Origin: Pseudodesulfovibrio piezophilus C1TLV30
GTDB lineage: Bacteria; Desulfobacterota; Desulfovibrionia; Desulfovibrionales; Desulfovibrionaceae
Length of the DNA stretch: 32,000 nt
Assembly: GCF_000341895.1 (NCBI RefSeq)
Contig: NC_020409.1
Location: forward strand, 690,001-722,000
Direction of reading: 5' to 3'
Each line of letters starts with the position of its first letter. Position 1 is the first letter of the stretch. The notes under the pieces are model-generated. The model had not been told where the DNA came from and made no database searches. It saw nothing but the letters and a program-made list of their open reading frames with translations. The translations under genes were made by a program, and so were the position numbers. Positions 1 through 8,944 of the stretch are shown here, in pieces.

Positions 1-363
1 GGCAGTCCAGGAATGAATTTTATTGAATGTACACTCGATGGTACTTCAGCTCAACTCGAAGAAACCGTCATCCCTCTCTTACCTGCCTATGCCGAGAAGG
101 CTACGAAAAAAGGCGGCAAAATCAAAATAGGCGTTCGTCCCATGTATGTTGAAATCTTTGATAACATTATCGAAGGCGGCATCCATGCTGAAATTATAAG
201 CATTGAAGATCAGGGATTTTGCAAAATCATTACAGCCCAATTCGGTGAAAATCAGGTCAAAGCTCGTGTTGATGAGAACAGAATCCTTTCAAAAGGTCCT
301 TGCTGTCTTTTCTTTCCGCCGGAAAAAACAAAACTCTACTGTGACGAACGTCTGATCAAATAA
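1..363 (+). CDS. ABC transporter ATP-binding subunit, C-terminal regulatory (MalK/UgpC-type) domain; the 5' end lies outside the window
   Basis: The frame is open from nt 1. GSPG precedes the listed Met, giving the GSPxMNF motif that follows the ATPase core in MalK/UgpC-type subunits. The stop is at 361-363, 12 nt before the first permease gene. Confidence 0.8.
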   Translation, partial: GSPGMNFIECTLDGTSAQLEETVIPLLPAYAEKATKKGGKIKIGVRPMYVEIFDNIIEGGIHAEIISIEDQGFCKIITAQFGENQVKARVDENRILSKGPCCLFFPPEKTKLYCDERLIK

Positions 364-375
364 AGAGAGGAAATC

Positions 376-1248
376 ATGAATAAATGGGAAAACAATAGAG
401 CATGGTTCCTCGTCCTTCCCGTCTTCGTCATTGTCGCTTTCAGTGCAATTATACCACTCATGACGGTCGTCAATTATTCCGTTCAAGATATTTTCGGGCC
501 AGGCCAACGGCTTTTCGTTGGCATAGAGTGGTTTAAAGAAGTTCTTCTCGACCAACGTCTTCATGACGCTTTATTCAAACAACTCGCTTTCTCATGTTTG
601 GTATTACTCATTGAAATGCCCCTTGGGATCATTATCGCACTGATGATGCCCAAGAAAGGATGGGCTTCATCAGCCTGTCTCGTCATCCTTGCCCTTCCGC
701 TCCTCATTCCCTGGAATGTAATCGGAACTATATGGATAATATTCACTCGACCCGACATCGGACTTTTCGGCGCTCTCATCAACAGCGCAGGAATTACCTT
801 CGATCATACTGCAAGTTCCGTTGATGCCTGGATAACACTGATGCTCATGGAGGTCTGGCATTGGACACCTCTTGTTGCCCTACTAGCCTATGCAGGACTT
901 CGAGCCATTCCCGAAGCATATTATCAGGCAGCCAAAATCGATGGAGCTTCCTCGTGGGCAATCTTCCGTTTTATCCAATTACCAAAGATGCGTGGAGTAC
1001 TCACTATTGCTCTTTTACTTCGTTTCATGGACAGCTTTCTCATCTATGCCGAACCTTTTGTCCTCACTGGTGGGGGACCGGGGAATGCAACAACATTCCT
1101 ATCCATTTATCTGGTCAAAATTGCGGTCGGACAATTCGACCTCGGTCCGGCTGCAGCATTCTCTCTCATTTACTTTCTCATAATACTACTCTTCTGCTGG
1201 CTCTTCTATCAAGCATTGCAGGCAGTTGGTACGGGGGACAAATCATGA
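376..1248 (+). CDS. ABC transporter permease 1 (MalF/UgpA-like)
   Basis: 290-aa multi-TM protein with the EAA-loop motif (YYQAAKIDGASSWAIFRFIQLPKM). An SD-like GAGAGGAAA lies upstream. The stop overlaps the next start (ATGA). Confidence 0.9.
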   Translation: MNKWENNRAWFLVLPVFVIVAFSAIIPLMTVVNYSVQDIFGPGQRLFVGIEWFKEVLLDQRLHDALFKQLAFSCLVLLIEMPLGIIIALMMPKKGWASSACLVILALPLLIPWNVIGTIWIIFTRPDIGLFGALINSAGITFDHTASSVDAWITLMLMEVWHWTPLVALLAYAGLRAIPEAYYQAAKIDGASSWAIFRFIQLPKMRGVLTIALLLRFMDSFLIYAEPFVLTGGGPGNATTFLSIYLVKIAVGQFDLGPAAAFSLIYFLIILLFCWLFYQALQAVGTGDKS

Positions 1249-2048
1249 CATTCAAAAAACGCCACATAGGACTGTTATTCTATCTGATCCTGCTTTTTTT
1301 GCCCATCTACTGGATGCTCAACATGTCATTGCGCACAAATGCTGACATAATGAACACCTTTGCCTTGTTCCCAGGTCACCCGACCCTTGAAAACTATATG
1401 AAGATTTTTACGGATTCTTCATGGTATTCCGGCTATATCAACTCGATCATTTATGTAACCATCAACACTGTTATTTCTCTTCTGTCCGCTTTACCTGCCG
1501 CGTACGCGTTTTCACGCTACAAATTCATAGGCGACAAACATGTCTTCTTCTGGCTTCTGACAAATAGAATGGCCCCGCCTGCTGTCTTCCTGCTGCCCTT
1601 CTTCCAACTCTATTCCACATTCAATCTCATCGACACCCACTTCGCCGTCGCTCTTTCGCATTGCCTGTTTAATGTACCTCTCGCAGTCTGGATTCTTGAA
1701 GGATTCATGTCTGGTGTTCCACGCGAAATAGACGAAACCGCATTCATCGACGGATACAGTTTCCCTCGCTTTTTCATCCGGGTTTTCATTCCCCTCATCC
1801 GAGCAGGAATTGGTGTGACTGCATTCTTTTGCTTCATGTTCAGTTGGGTGGAACTGTTACTCGCCCGGACGCTCACAACCACTGCGGCAAAGCCCATAGC
1901 CGCAACCATGACACGGACAGTCAGCGCAACTGGTCTTGATTGGGGATTATTGGCAGCAGCCGGAATCCTGACCATCGTTCCTGGTGCACTTGTCATCTGG
2001 TTTGTCCGCAATCACCTCGCCAAGGGGTTTGCCCTTGGTAGAGTCTAA
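1245..2048 (+). CDS. ABC transporter permease 2 (MalG/UgpE-like)
   Basis: An internal ATG at 1245 (MTFKKRHIGLLFYL...) overlaps the upstream stop as ATGA. It carries the EAA-loop motif (EIDETAFIDGYSFPRFF). The 861-1244 part of the listed ORF overlaps permease 1 out of frame. Confidence 0.9.
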   Translation: MTFKKRHIGLLFYLILLFLPIYWMLNMSLRTNADIMNTFALFPGHPTLENYMKIFTDSSWYSGYINSIIYVTINTVISLLSALPAAYAFSRYKFIGDKHVFFWLLTNRMAPPAVFLLPFFQLYSTFNLIDTHFAVALSHCLFNVPLAVWILEGFMSGVPREIDETAFIDGYSFPRFFIRVFIPLIRAGIGVTAFFCFMFSWVELLLARTLTTTAAKPIAATMTRTVSATGLDWGLLAAAGILTIVPGALVIWFVRNHLAKGFALGRV

Positions 2049-2062
2049 CGGGAGGCTGAGAT

Positions 2063-2341
2063 ATGAATCTGGAATGGATGGCATGGACACCGGTCACTGC
2101 TGGTTTCTTCACCTTCATCATCCTGTTGCTTATAGGTATGACCATCTGGGAAATAGCTTCCCCATGTGTCGCTCGCCGGGGTTTTCTTCCATTGACCACC
2201 ACACGAGGAGATCGCCTGTTCATTGGACTGCTTGGCAGTGCTTACATACATTTGACATGGGTGGGATTGACTGATTTCCCCCTATGGATCGCAACGGTAA
2301 TAGCCGCTTGTTTTCTCGTGATCATGATGCGGTGGGGGTAG
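2063..2341 (+). CDS. Small integral membrane protein, DUF2160-like
   Basis: 92 aa with predicted TM helices and a WMAWTP...TTRGDRLFIGLL signature that I recall as typical of DUF2160. Its position between the permeases and the binding protein matches that family's usual context. Confidence 0.7.
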   Translation: MNLEWMAWTPVTAGFFTFIILLLIGMTIWEIASPCVARRGFLPLTTTRGDRLFIGLLGSAYIHLTWVGLTDFPLWIATVIAACFLVIMMRWG

Positions 2342-2433
2342 TCCATAGGCAATTCCTATATGGCACGAGGAAAACAGCGGTTTTGTGGTACGAGAGGTAA
2401 GGTATTGTTCTTAACCAGCATACGGAGGTACGT

Positions 2434-4161
2434 ATGAAGTTGCGGCGATTACTGATGACGGGGATGCTCACAGTGGCATTCCTCAGCCTGGCCAGCATCG
2501 GCATGGCAGATATGCAGGCTGCCCAAAAATGGATCGATAGCGAATTCCAGCCATCGACCTTGACCAAAGCGGAACAGATGAAGGAAATGGAATGGTTCAT
2601 CAAAGCCGCAGCCCCTTTCAAGGGTATGGAAATCAAGGTCGTCTCAGAAACAATCCCGACCCATGAGTATGAATCCAAGGTACTCGCAAAAGCTTTTTAT
2701 GAGATTACCGGCATCAAGGTCACACATGACCTGATTCAAGAAGGTGATGTCATTGAAAAACTTCAGGTTCAATTCCAATCCGGCGAAAATGTTTTTGATG
2801 CGTACATCAATGATTCCGACTTGATCGGGACACACTTCCGTGGTGGTCATGTTGTCAATCTGTCGGACTGGATGGAAGGGGAAGGTAAGTCCGTGACCCT
2901 GCCGACACTCGACATTGACGATTTCATGGGAAAATCATTCACTACCGGCCCGGACGGCAAGCTCTACCAGTTGCCTGACCAACAGTTCGCGAATCTGTAT
3001 TGGTTTCGGTATGATTGGTTTCAAAACCCCGAATACAAAAAGGCATTCAAAGCCAAGTATGGTTATGATCTTGGCGTCCCTGTGAACTGGTCTGCTTATG
3101 AAGACATTGCAGAATTCTTCACGGAAGACGTGAGGGAAATTGATGGTGTCGCCATTTACGGCCATATGGATTACGGCAAAAAAGCACCTGACTTGGGCTG
3201 GAGATTTACTGATGCATGGCTCTCCATGGCCGGAGCCGGAGACAAAGGCATTCCCAATGGAAAGCCCGTTGATGAATGGGGGATCCGTGTCAACGGATGC
3301 GTCCCTGTCGGTGCTTCTGTCTCTCGTGGTGGAGCAACCAACGGCCCTGCCGCGAAATATGCTCTGCGTAAATATATGGAGTGGCTCCGCAAATATGCCC
3401 CCCCAGGCGCTTTAGGCATGGATTTCTATCAATCACTTCCCTCCCTGGCCAAGGGGAATGTCGCCCAGCAAATATTCTGGTACACGGCGTTCACTGCTTC
3501 TATGGTTCAGGAAGGTACCCCTGTTGTCAATGCCGATGGCACTCCCAAATGGCGTATGGCCCCCTCTCCGCATGGCCCTTATTGGGAAGAAGGGCAAAAG
3601 CTTGGATACCAGGATTGTGGAGCATGGACTCTGCTGAAATCCACACCAATCAAACGACGTCAGGCCGCATGGCTCTTTGCACAATTCTGCGTGGCCAAGA
3701 CTGTTTCCCTGAAGAAGGCTCATGTCGGACTCACCCCAATCCGAGACTCGGACATTCGAGACAAGTCCTTTACCGAACGCGCTCCCAAACTGGGAGGCCT
3801 CGTGGAATTCTACCGTTCACCAGCCCGCGTTGCCTGGACACCGACCGGTACCAATGTTCCCGACTACCCAAAGCTCTCGCAACTTTGGTGGCAGAATATA
3901 GGTGAAGCCGTTGCTGGAGAAGTCACGGTTTCCACTGCCATGGATAACTTGGCCAAGGAACAGGACAAGATAATGATGCGACTTGAACGCGCAGGCATCC
4001 TCGGCGAATGCGGTCCCAAACTGAATAAACCACGGGATGAATCCTACTGGTTGAACCAACCGGGATCCCCCAAAGCCAAATTGGCCAATGAAAAACCTCA
4101 GGGTGAAACAGTCGACTACGACAAACTCATAGAAGCATGGAAGGCAGGCAAAGCCAAGTAA
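2434..4161 (+). CDS. Large extracellular solute-binding protein (family 1) of the ABC importer
   Basis: 575 aa with an N-terminal signal peptide (MKLRRLLMTGMLTVAFLSLASIGMA). An SD GGAGG lies 6 nt upstream. The composition is SBP-like and it is the last gene of the transporter operon. Confidence 0.9.
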   Translation: MKLRRLLMTGMLTVAFLSLASIGMADMQAAQKWIDSEFQPSTLTKAEQMKEMEWFIKAAAPFKGMEIKVVSETIPTHEYESKVLAKAFYEITGIKVTHDLIQEGDVIEKLQVQFQSGENVFDAYINDSDLIGTHFRGGHVVNLSDWMEGEGKSVTLPTLDIDDFMGKSFTTGPDGKLYQLPDQQFANLYWFRYDWFQNPEYKKAFKAKYGYDLGVPVNWSAYEDIAEFFTEDVREIDGVAIYGHMDYGKKAPDLGWRFTDAWLSMAGAGDKGIPNGKPVDEWGIRVNGCVPVGASVSRGGATNGPAAKYALRKYMEWLRKYAPPGALGMDFYQSLPSLAKGNVAQQIFWYTAFTASMVQEGTPVVNADGTPKWRMAPSPHGPYWEEGQKLGYQDCGAWTLLKSTPIKRRQAAWLFAQFCVAKTVSLKKAHVGLTPIRDSDIRDKSFTERAPKLGGLVEFYRSPARVAWTPTGTNVPDYPKLSQLWWQNIGEAVAGEVTVSTAMDNLAKEQDKIMMRLERAGILGECGPKLNKPRDESYWLNQPGSPKAKLANEKPQGETVDYDKLIEAWKAGKAK

Positions 4162-4185
4162 TCCTGAAACTATAAAGAAAAAATC

Positions 4186-4209
4186 AAGGGCATCCTTCGG
4201 GATGCCCTT
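4186..4209 (+). terminator. Stem-loop downstream of the binding-protein gene
   Basis: AAGGGCATCC-TTCG-GGATGCCCTT forms a perfect 10-bp stem with a tetraloop, 25 nt after the stop. No long T-run follows, so it is not a textbook intrinsic terminator. Confidence 0.5.
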
Positions 4210-4416
4210 CTGACGTCAAATTCCATGAGCACTGAGTTGGATTTGTAGCAAATCTCCAAAAATTGTTAGGAGTTTGATAATGCACAAACGAAGACAATTA
4301 CGTTTAAATATCCCCCAATGAGCACCATAATGGATGGGGAAAAAATAAGACATTATGATCTCCAAGTATGATATGGTTTGAACCATTCACCCACTCCAAA
4401 CGAACAGGAGGGAGAA

Positions 4417-5529
4417 ATGGGGTTGAGAATATCTACCACCATGATATTTCTTGTCATACTACTACTTCCAGCGCCTCTCCTGTCTGGGTGTTCGCGGGAT
4501 AACGACATCATTATCGGTGCAGTTATCATTCTTTCTACTGAAGAAGGACTTCCACTCAAAGTTGAACGAGAAGTCCTTAACGGAATGGAATTCGCGATCC
4601 AGAGACTGAATGCCGGGAATGGCATTAACGGACGGCATATCAAACTGTATTATCGCGACTGCAAAGGTGACCCAGCTTTGGCTCAGCGACAATTTCGAGA
4701 ACTTGCAACAGTTTCTCCATCTGCAATTATCAATATATACAGCCACATAACAGAAGCCTTAGTTCCTTTGGCTACAGAACTACAAGTCCCACAGCTCGCA
4801 ACTCTGGCCACGGCTGATGGACTGGTGGAAAATGCTCCTTACTCAATACGCTATTGGCCCAATGCCACAGCTCAAAGCTGTGCAGTCCTCCCCATAGTCG
4901 AGTCATTGCAGGCAAAAAAGCTATGTCTCGTCCATATCGACAACACATATGGCAATTCCGTTGCTGGAATTCTGGGAAAGCTCTTACGAGAAGAAGGAGT
5001 CCAGACTGAACAAATACCTTTCAAAACAATAGACGCAACCCTGGAAAAAGAACTCAGCCTTATGGAGCCATGTGATGCCATCCACTTTACCTGCTTCCCC
5101 CAGCAAATCGGAAAACTTGCTGAGATTCTGCGAAAGATACGCCCGGACACACCTCTTATCGGACCGAACAGTATAGCCAGTCCTCATTTTGTTCAGTTAC
5201 CAGCGTTGGACAGGGTTCACCTTTCTGCCCCCCTCATATATAATCCTTCTTATCCCTATGCAGTACAGGTCGGAAATGATTACGTAAAAGAATTTTCCCG
5301 CCCGCTCAGCCATTACTCCGGCATAGGTTTTGACATGATTAACCTCCTGGCTCAGATTTTAGAAGAAGCCGGTCCCACACCTGATGCCATCATGGAAACA
5401 GTGCGCGCCGGCTTCGTCTACCCTGGGATATTTGGTGATGTTGTCAATGAACTTGGTTCCAATGATTTTGGATTTCCAATGTACCCTGCTCAGATTGTCA
5501 ACAAACATGTGAAATACATGGGACGGTAA
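4417..5529 (+). CDS. Type-I periplasmic binding protein (LivK/amide-binding-like fold), lipoprotein
   Basis: The ATG at 4417 is preceded by AGGAGGGAGAA. There is a lipobox (LLSGC) after a hydrophobic signal sequence. The protein has LivK-family-like composition. The stop is 2 nt before the kinase start. Confidence 0.85.
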   Translation: MGLRISTTMIFLVILLLPAPLLSGCSRDNDIIIGAVIILSTEEGLPLKVEREVLNGMEFAIQRLNAGNGINGRHIKLYYRDCKGDPALAQRQFRELATVSPSAIINIYSHITEALVPLATELQVPQLATLATADGLVENAPYSIRYWPNATAQSCAVLPIVESLQAKKLCLVHIDNTYGNSVAGILGKLLREEGVQTEQIPFKTIDATLEKELSLMEPCDAIHFTCFPQQIGKLAEILRKIRPDTPLIGPNSIASPHFVQLPALDRVHLSAPLIYNPSYPYAVQVGNDYVKEFSRPLSHYSGIGFDMINLLAQILEEAGPTPDAIMETVRAGFVYPGIFGDVVNELGSNDFGFPMYPAQIVNKHVKYMGR

Positions 5530-5531
5530 AA

Positions 5532-7682
5532 ATGCGCTTGACTACCCGCCTTACTCTTCTGATCAGCGCATTCGCACTTTTTCTCCTCGTTATTACGGCC
5601 TTTGTTTACCAGCAAAGCTATAATGCACTGAAGGATCGCATCATTTTCGATAGTAACCTGGTGGGAGACAAAATCACTGACAGACTGCACCATAATTTCA
5701 TTTTTACTGAAGAATACATCAAATTTTTCGCCATTACGAAAGGAGCGGACATGCTCTCGTCCGCCAAGCATATCGGATATGACGAACTTTCAGATCAGCT
5801 AAGACAATACTTCATTAATTTTTTTGAAACCGAATTCGGTTATCGCCTGTTCCGCGATATTCAGTTGACTGACTATGAAGGAAATGTTGTCGCATCCACA
5901 GCACCAGTCAACGAAAATATCGCTCACCAGGATTGGTGGAAAGAAGTCAAAGAAAAAGGAACAGCCTTTTCCTTTACCAAACAAAGGAGTGGTGCAAAAC
6001 TTCTCACATTTGCCGTGAGCATTGTTGATAACAAAAAGGTTACACAAGGTGTGGTTCGAGCCAATTGCACAATGACAGCACTCGTCAGAGGCGGAGGAAT
6101 GGAAAAAGTCGAAATGGCGACACGCCGAATAGACCTCCTGACGCCTCAAGGTGAATTCCTTTACTCTACAGCCCTACATAGAACTTTTGCCCACTATGCT
6201 GATACAGCGTTGTTCAATAAAATCAAGAATGGTCAAAATTCCTTTGTCCATAGAACAAAATCAGGGCTTAAAGAACTGATCATTGCCAAACCACATCTGC
6301 ATCATCACAGTCGTGATTTCCCTTGGATTCTAGTATTACACCTCGATTACCATAAACTTTTCGAACCTGTTCTCAATCTTCGTTGGTGGATAGCAGCTGG
6401 CATGAGTGCGCTCGTTCTCACCGCCGTAATTTTCTTTATTATGGTCAAGGATATTACGAGTCGAAAAGAATACGAACAGGCTCTCCTAAAGAATCAGCAG
6501 CTTTTGCAAGCTATTCTCGAAGGCATTGAAGCTGCAGTTCTCTTTATTGATAAGGAGACATTAACTATCACTTGGGCAAATACCGTTACAGAACAGATCT
6601 TCGGTGTTCCACTCAAAATTATCATTGGAGATTCCTGCTATAAATACCTCTGCCCTCATACTGAAGGGACAAAAGAACATCAATGCTCTGCCCTTGAAAC
6701 AAATAATCTGCATGCAGAATTCAAACTGCATAGGCAAGATAATCGTATCATTCCGGTGATCAAAACTGTTCTTGAACTGGAAATACATGATCGCCCCCAC
6801 TATGTCGTGACCATGTTCGACATAACCGCACGCAAAGCCATCGAACGGCAATTGGCGCATGCCCAAAAGCTTGAAAGTATAGGGAGTCTTGCAGCTGGAA
6901 TCGCACACGAAATCAATACACCTTCACAATTTATCGCGGATAATCTGCGATTTATCAGTAGTTCCTACGAATCGCTGAGTAAGCTTTTGACACTAAGCAC
7001 CGCGATCTGTGAATCTGAAGCGAATGGCCATGATATTGAGGGAATAGCCCATAGAATGAATATGTTACAGGAAACTATTGATATCAAGTTTCTGCTCGAA
7101 GAAACACCTTTGGCCATTGCCCAATCCAGAGCAGGAATCGAACGGATAACGACTATCGTCCAGGCAATGAAACGATTCTCGCACCCTGGGTCAGACTCAC
7201 TACGCCTCGCCGATATCAATGAAGCACTAAAGAACACGAGTGAAGTCTGTAGAAATGAATGGAAATATCATTCAGAAATATTTTTTGACCTTCAACCGAA
7301 TCTTCCTCTTGTGCCTTGTCTCATCAATGACATCAATCAGGTTTTTCTGAATCTGATCATAAATGCGGCTCACGCAGTCAAAAAAAAATACGAAGAAATT
7401 CAAGGAAAAGGGAAAATAACAATACATACCGAAGTCAAAGGAGATCATATTATTATTCAGATTAGTGATAATGGTATTGGCATTCCCAAAGCACTGTTAG
7501 AAAGAGTCTTTGATCCTTTCTTTACGACGAAAGATGTCGGAGTGGGGACTGGTCAGGGACTCGCTTTAAGCTATGGTATCGTGACGGATCGACACAAAGG
7601 CACTATTGAAATACAAAGTCGAGAAGGAATCGGCACTGATTGCACTATCAGTTTACCACTTGGCAAATCCGGAGAAGCCTGA
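5532..7682 (+). CDS. Sensor histidine kinase (periplasmic Cache-like domain, TM, PAS, HisKA, HATPase_c)
   Basis: Two TM segments flank a region of about 260 aa. The H-box is SLAAGIAHEINTP. The N/G boxes are NLIINAAHA, DNGIGIP and GTGQGL. Confidence 0.9.
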   Translation: MRLTTRLTLLISAFALFLLVITAFVYQQSYNALKDRIIFDSNLVGDKITDRLHHNFIFTEEYIKFFAITKGADMLSSAKHIGYDELSDQLRQYFINFFETEFGYRLFRDIQLTDYEGNVVASTAPVNENIAHQDWWKEVKEKGTAFSFTKQRSGAKLLTFAVSIVDNKKVTQGVVRANCTMTALVRGGGMEKVEMATRRIDLLTPQGEFLYSTALHRTFAHYADTALFNKIKNGQNSFVHRTKSGLKELIIAKPHLHHHSRDFPWILVLHLDYHKLFEPVLNLRWWIAAGMSALVLTAVIFFIMVKDITSRKEYEQALLKNQQLLQAILEGIEAAVLFIDKETLTITWANTVTEQIFGVPLKIIIGDSCYKYLCPHTEGTKEHQCSALETNNLHAEFKLHRQDNRIIPVIKTVLELEIHDRPHYVVTMFDITARKAIERQLAHAQKLESIGSLAAGIAHEINTPSQFIADNLRFISSSYESLSKLLTLSTAICESEANGHDIEGIAHRMNMLQETIDIKFLLEETPLAIAQSRAGIERITTIVQAMKRFSHPGSDSLRLADINEALKNTSEVCRNEWKYHSEIFFDLQPNLPLVPCLINDINQVFLNLIINAAHAVKKKYEEIQGKGKITIHTEVKGDHIIIQISDNGIGIPKALLERVFDPFFTTKDVGVGTGQGLALSYGIVTDRHKGTIEIQSREGIGTDCTISLPLGKSGEA

Positions 7683-8944
7683 TGCAGAGTCAGATACATA
7701 TTCTTTTTGTTGATGATGAACCGAACGTTCTCGCCGCTCTCAAACGCATGCTGCGAGCAAAACACGATGAATGGGCAATGGATTTTATCGAATCAGGTAG
7801 TAAAGCAACTAGAATGCTTGAAGAAAAAACGTATGATGTCATCATTTCCGACATACGTATGCCTGGTATGGATGGGGCAGAACTTCTTACTCGAGTCAAA
7901 GAAAAATATCCGGGAATCATTCGAATAGCACTCTCCGGTCAGGTCGATCTCAATGAAGTCATTCGCAGTATTCGCGCAGTTCACCAGTACATATCCAAAC
8001 CGTGCGAAGCCGATAATTTGATAGAAAAAATAGAAGGAGCACTCCTCTCCCGCTCAGTTCTGACTGACGAAACCATGCTCAACCTTGTTACTGAAATAGA
8101 ATCCCTCCCAGTCATCCCAAGAGTTTTTCAAGAAATACAACTTGAATTAAACAGCAAAGCTCCTTCCATCGACAAGATAGCAAGCTTCATTACTCAGGAT
8201 GTCGGATTGGTGGCTAAAATTCTTAATCTAGTCAATTCTCCCTTTTTTGGTCTGCCATCACATATTGCCTCAGTGCATCAAGCTATTACCATGCTTGGAT
8301 TGGAAACGATTGAATCCCTGGTGCTCTCCACACACCTTTTTTCAATGTATGATGAATCAACACTCCCCAACTTCAATCTGACCCTTTTATGGGAGCACTG
8401 TTTTCGAGTGTCGAATATCGCACGACTGATAGCAGAATGCGAAGGGGAGGACAGAAGGCTAGTTACGCAATGCAGAATGGCAGGTCTGCTGCACGATGTA
8501 GGGAAACTAATTCTGGCAAGCTACTTCCCTGATAAATATGGTGCGGTACTCAATATAGCCGCGACCAAAGGGGGCCCCGTCTATGACTTGGAGCGGAAAG
8601 TATACAAGACTTCCCATGCCGAGGTCGGTGCCTATCTGATGGGCTTGTGGGGAGTCTCTCCTGAAGTTGTCCACGGGATCGGTTACCATCACTCTCACAA
8701 CAAGATGGACAGAAGCCTGACCATGTACCTTTCAGTGGCAAATATCATTGATCACAATTTTGTGGTTTTTAATGATGATTACGTCAAGATCAAATTAAAA
8801 TCAGGATTAGCCCCCATTATCCATGATGAATCCAAGATGTTAAAGTGGCTCAAATACCTTGAGGATCACTGGTTTGGAGTTGGAGAATTTTATAGTGCAG
8901 ACCCTGAATCAATAAAAAATATGCTGACAAGGAGTAAAGAATGA
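7682..8944 (+). CDS. Response regulator, REC + HDOD domain
   Basis: The ATG at 7682 overlaps the kinase stop (TGATG). REC motifs are ILFVDDE, ISDIRMPGMDG and KP. The HDOD-like stretch runs LPVIPRVFQEIQ...VAKILNLVNSPFFGL...AITMLGLE...GLLHDVGK. Confidence 0.9.
   Translation: MQSQIHILFVDDEPNVLAALKRMLRAKHDEWAMDFIESGSKATRMLEEKTYDVIISDIRMPGMDGAELLTRVKEKYPGIIRIALSGQVDLNEVIRSIRAVHQYISKPCEADNLIEKIEGALLSRSVLTDETMLNLVTEIESLPVIPRVFQEIQLELNSKAPSIDKIASFITQDVGLVAKILNLVNSPFFGLPSHIASVHQAITMLGLETIESLVLSTHLFSMYDESTLPNFNLTLLWEHCFRVSNIARLIAECEGEDRRLVTQCRMAGLLHDVGKLILASYFPDKYGAVLNIAATKGGPVYDLERKVYKTSHAEVGAYLMGLWGVSPEVVHGIGYHHSHNKMDRSLTMYLSVANIIDHNFVVFNDDYVKIKLKSGLAPIIHDESKMLKWLKYLEDHWFGVGEFYSADPESIKNMLTRSKE

Noticed and set aside
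861-1244. N-terminal 128 codons of the listed 395-aa ORF 861-2048
   Set aside because: This part overlaps permease 1 in another frame and is Cys/Ser/His-rich with no membrane character. The ATG at 1245 overlaps the upstream stop (ATGA) and starts a normal MalG-type permease.
2361-2376. TGGCAC hexamer (sigma-54 -24-like) upstream of the binding-protein gene
   Set aside because: No TTGC -12 element occurs at the required spacing, and no enhancer-binding protein gene is in the window.
3381-3905. 174-aa + strand ORF in an alternative frame of the binding-protein gene
   Set aside because: It lies fully inside the 575-aa SBP gene. The Arg/Pro/Cys-rich composition is typical of an out-of-frame translation.
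4280-4321. 13-codon ORF MHKRRQLRLNIPQ with a good SD (AGGAG, 8-nt spacing) upstream of the signalling operon
   Set aside because: It is too short to evaluate without conservation or ribosome-profiling data, and there is no obvious attenuator structure around it. I noted it only as a possible leader peptide.
4378-4416. Upstream ATG for the binding-protein lipoprotein
   Set aside because: The AGGAGG sits directly before the ATG at 4417, and the signal peptide begins there. The 13 extra residues are polar and would precede the signal sequence.
7380-7388. A9 homopolymer tracts in coding sequence (also at 30730-30738), a possible slipped-strand phase-variation site
   Set aside because: Both simply encode Lys-Lys-Lys in housekeeping-type genes. 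The tracts are short, and nothing in the sequence suggests frameshifted variants.
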